Source: Amoeboradix gromovi X-113 (taxonomy: Eukaryota; Fungi; Sanchytriomycota). From it: 8,548 nt of DNA. The stretch is from contig JADGIF010000440.1 of assembly GCA_018985225.1 (NCBI GenBank), positions 1-8,548 on the forward strand. The letters are read 5' to 3'. This document shows positions 7,607-8,548 of the stretch, piece after piece. The notes below the pieces were generated by a model. It was not told the origin of the DNA. It searched no databases and worked only from the letters and a program-made list of their open reading frames with translations. The position numbers were made by a program, and so were the translations under genes. Each line of letters opens with the position of its first letter. Within the stretch, counting starts at the first letter, position 1.

Positions 7607-8422
7607 ATGTTGTTTCCTCTAATTTTTGCACTGGAAAGTAATCATAGCCATGTTCGACCACATGCGTTAAACTTTAGAAATAGCACTCAAAAAAACCAAA
7701 CGGTCTATTTTAAAAATGGTACAAATAGTGTCACTCAAAAAAACCAAACGCACTATTTTAAAAATGGTACAAATAGTGTCACTCAAAAAAACCAAACGGT
7801 CTATTTTAAAAATGGTACAAATAGTGTCACTCAAAAAAACCAAACGCACTACTTTAAAAATGGTACACAAGAAACTGATTTGAGTCATAAGAATGATTTG
7901 TTTGAAGATAAAACTAAAAATAACACAGCCAAAATTGCTCAAGAGAATGGAGTAAATGCGAATGGCTCCAATTTTGGAGAAGCTAAACAAAATGTACAGG
8001 TCAAAAGTTTTTTTGAAAGACATCCGTATATGGTCAGAATTACCCTAGCCTTATTTCAACTTGTTCTCGAATATTATACATTTAACGATAATACTCATCA
8101 AGAAAGATATAGGACTAACTTTGAGCATTCTAGATTCAATACCAATAAAAACCGTCATAAACATGATGGTCGTAATCCAGATGAGGGACATAGTAAGGAA
8201 CGCAATAGCCATGGTGGCCATCGAAGTTTCCGTGCAAATCCTACCAATGTTGATAACATAAATTATGCAATTTTAGGTGTCCCCAAAGGAAGTGGACTTG
8301 GAGCTATTAAGTCGGCGTATTACAAGCTTGCTCGAATCCATCACCCTGATAAAAACGGTGATGCAGAAAAATTCAAGGAAATCAGCAACGCTTATCAGCA
8401 CTTTGTGGACAAACTATCCTAA
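7607..8422 (+). CDS. J-domain (DnaJ class C) protein with N-terminal sequon-rich repeats, ~271 aa
   Basis: C-terminal NYAILGV...IKSAYYKLARIHHPDKNGDAEKFKEISNAY with an intact HPD. ATG 7607 is preferred over 7541 because it follows TCCCAAA like the lipase start, begins a hydrophobic MLFPLIFA leader, and 7541-7600 overlaps the Fanzor-like remnant. Confidence 0.8.
   Translation: MLFPLIFALESNHSHVRPHALNFRNSTQKNQTVYFKNGTNSVTQKNQTHYFKNGTNSVTQKNQTVYFKNGTNSVTQKNQTHYFKNGTQETDLSHKNDLFEDKTKNNTAKIAQENGVNANGSNFGEAKQNVQVKSFFERHPYMVRITLALFQLVLEYYTFNDNTHQERYRTNFEHSRFNTNKNRHKHDGRNPDEGHSKERNSHGGHRSFRANPTNVDNINYAILGVPKGSGLGAIKSAYYKLARIHHPDKNGDAEKFKEISNAYQHFVDKLS
7684..7867 (+). repeat. 48-bp coding tandem repeat x3.8 (TQKNQT[V/H]YFKNGTNSV), alternating A-B-A-B
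   Basis: Units start at 7684, 7732, 7780 and 7828. They differ at GTC/CAC (V/H) alternately, plus one synonymous TAT/TAC change in unit 4. Confidence 0.97.
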
Positions 8423-8443
8423 TACAATAATCAGTTCTAGCTA

Positions 8444-8449
8444 AATAAA
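8444..8449 (+). terminator. Putative AATAAA polyadenylation signal of the J-protein gene
   Basis: AATAAA 21 nt after the stop codon at 8422. Confidence 0.4.
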
Positions 8450-8548
8450 TCATTTATTGCGGCAAAATAATTGGGACACCAAATATAAAAACTAGACTAA
8501 CTCGTTTTTAAAGGTCCTCCATACAGAGGAAATGCTATCATTAATAAA

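Noticed and set aside
7684-7867. CRISPR-like array
   Set aside because: Units are contiguous with no unique spacers, are in-frame coding, and there are no cas genes in this eukaryotic context.
7667-8261. ORFs 7667..8023 (-) and 8061..8261 (+)
   Set aside because: Shadow frames of the J-protein gene and its repeat.

Overview
Gene-dense, AT-rich eukaryotic DNA in the standard genetic code, resembling an early-diverging (zoosporic/amoeboid) fungus; sanchytrids are one candidate, but this is inference only. There are four protein genes: (1) an Abi-like helical/Gln-rich/SH3 protein; (2) one ABCC (MRP/Ybt1-type) transporter that the ORF track splits in two but which rejoins exactly across a 19-nt GT-AG micro-intron (5152-5170); (3) a convergent Tgl2-like lipase; (4) a J-domain protein with a 48-bp N-glycosylation-sequon tandem repeat. 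The apparently empty ~800-bp interval between the lipase and the J-protein holds, on the minus strand, a decayed Fanzor/TnpB-like RNA-guided nuclease remnant (YYH, EFRTSKLCxxC and CxxC/RDxN-like motifs in the correct order). The remnant shows apparent G>A-biased decay and is followed by a strand-specific hairpin where an omegaRNA or element end would be expected.
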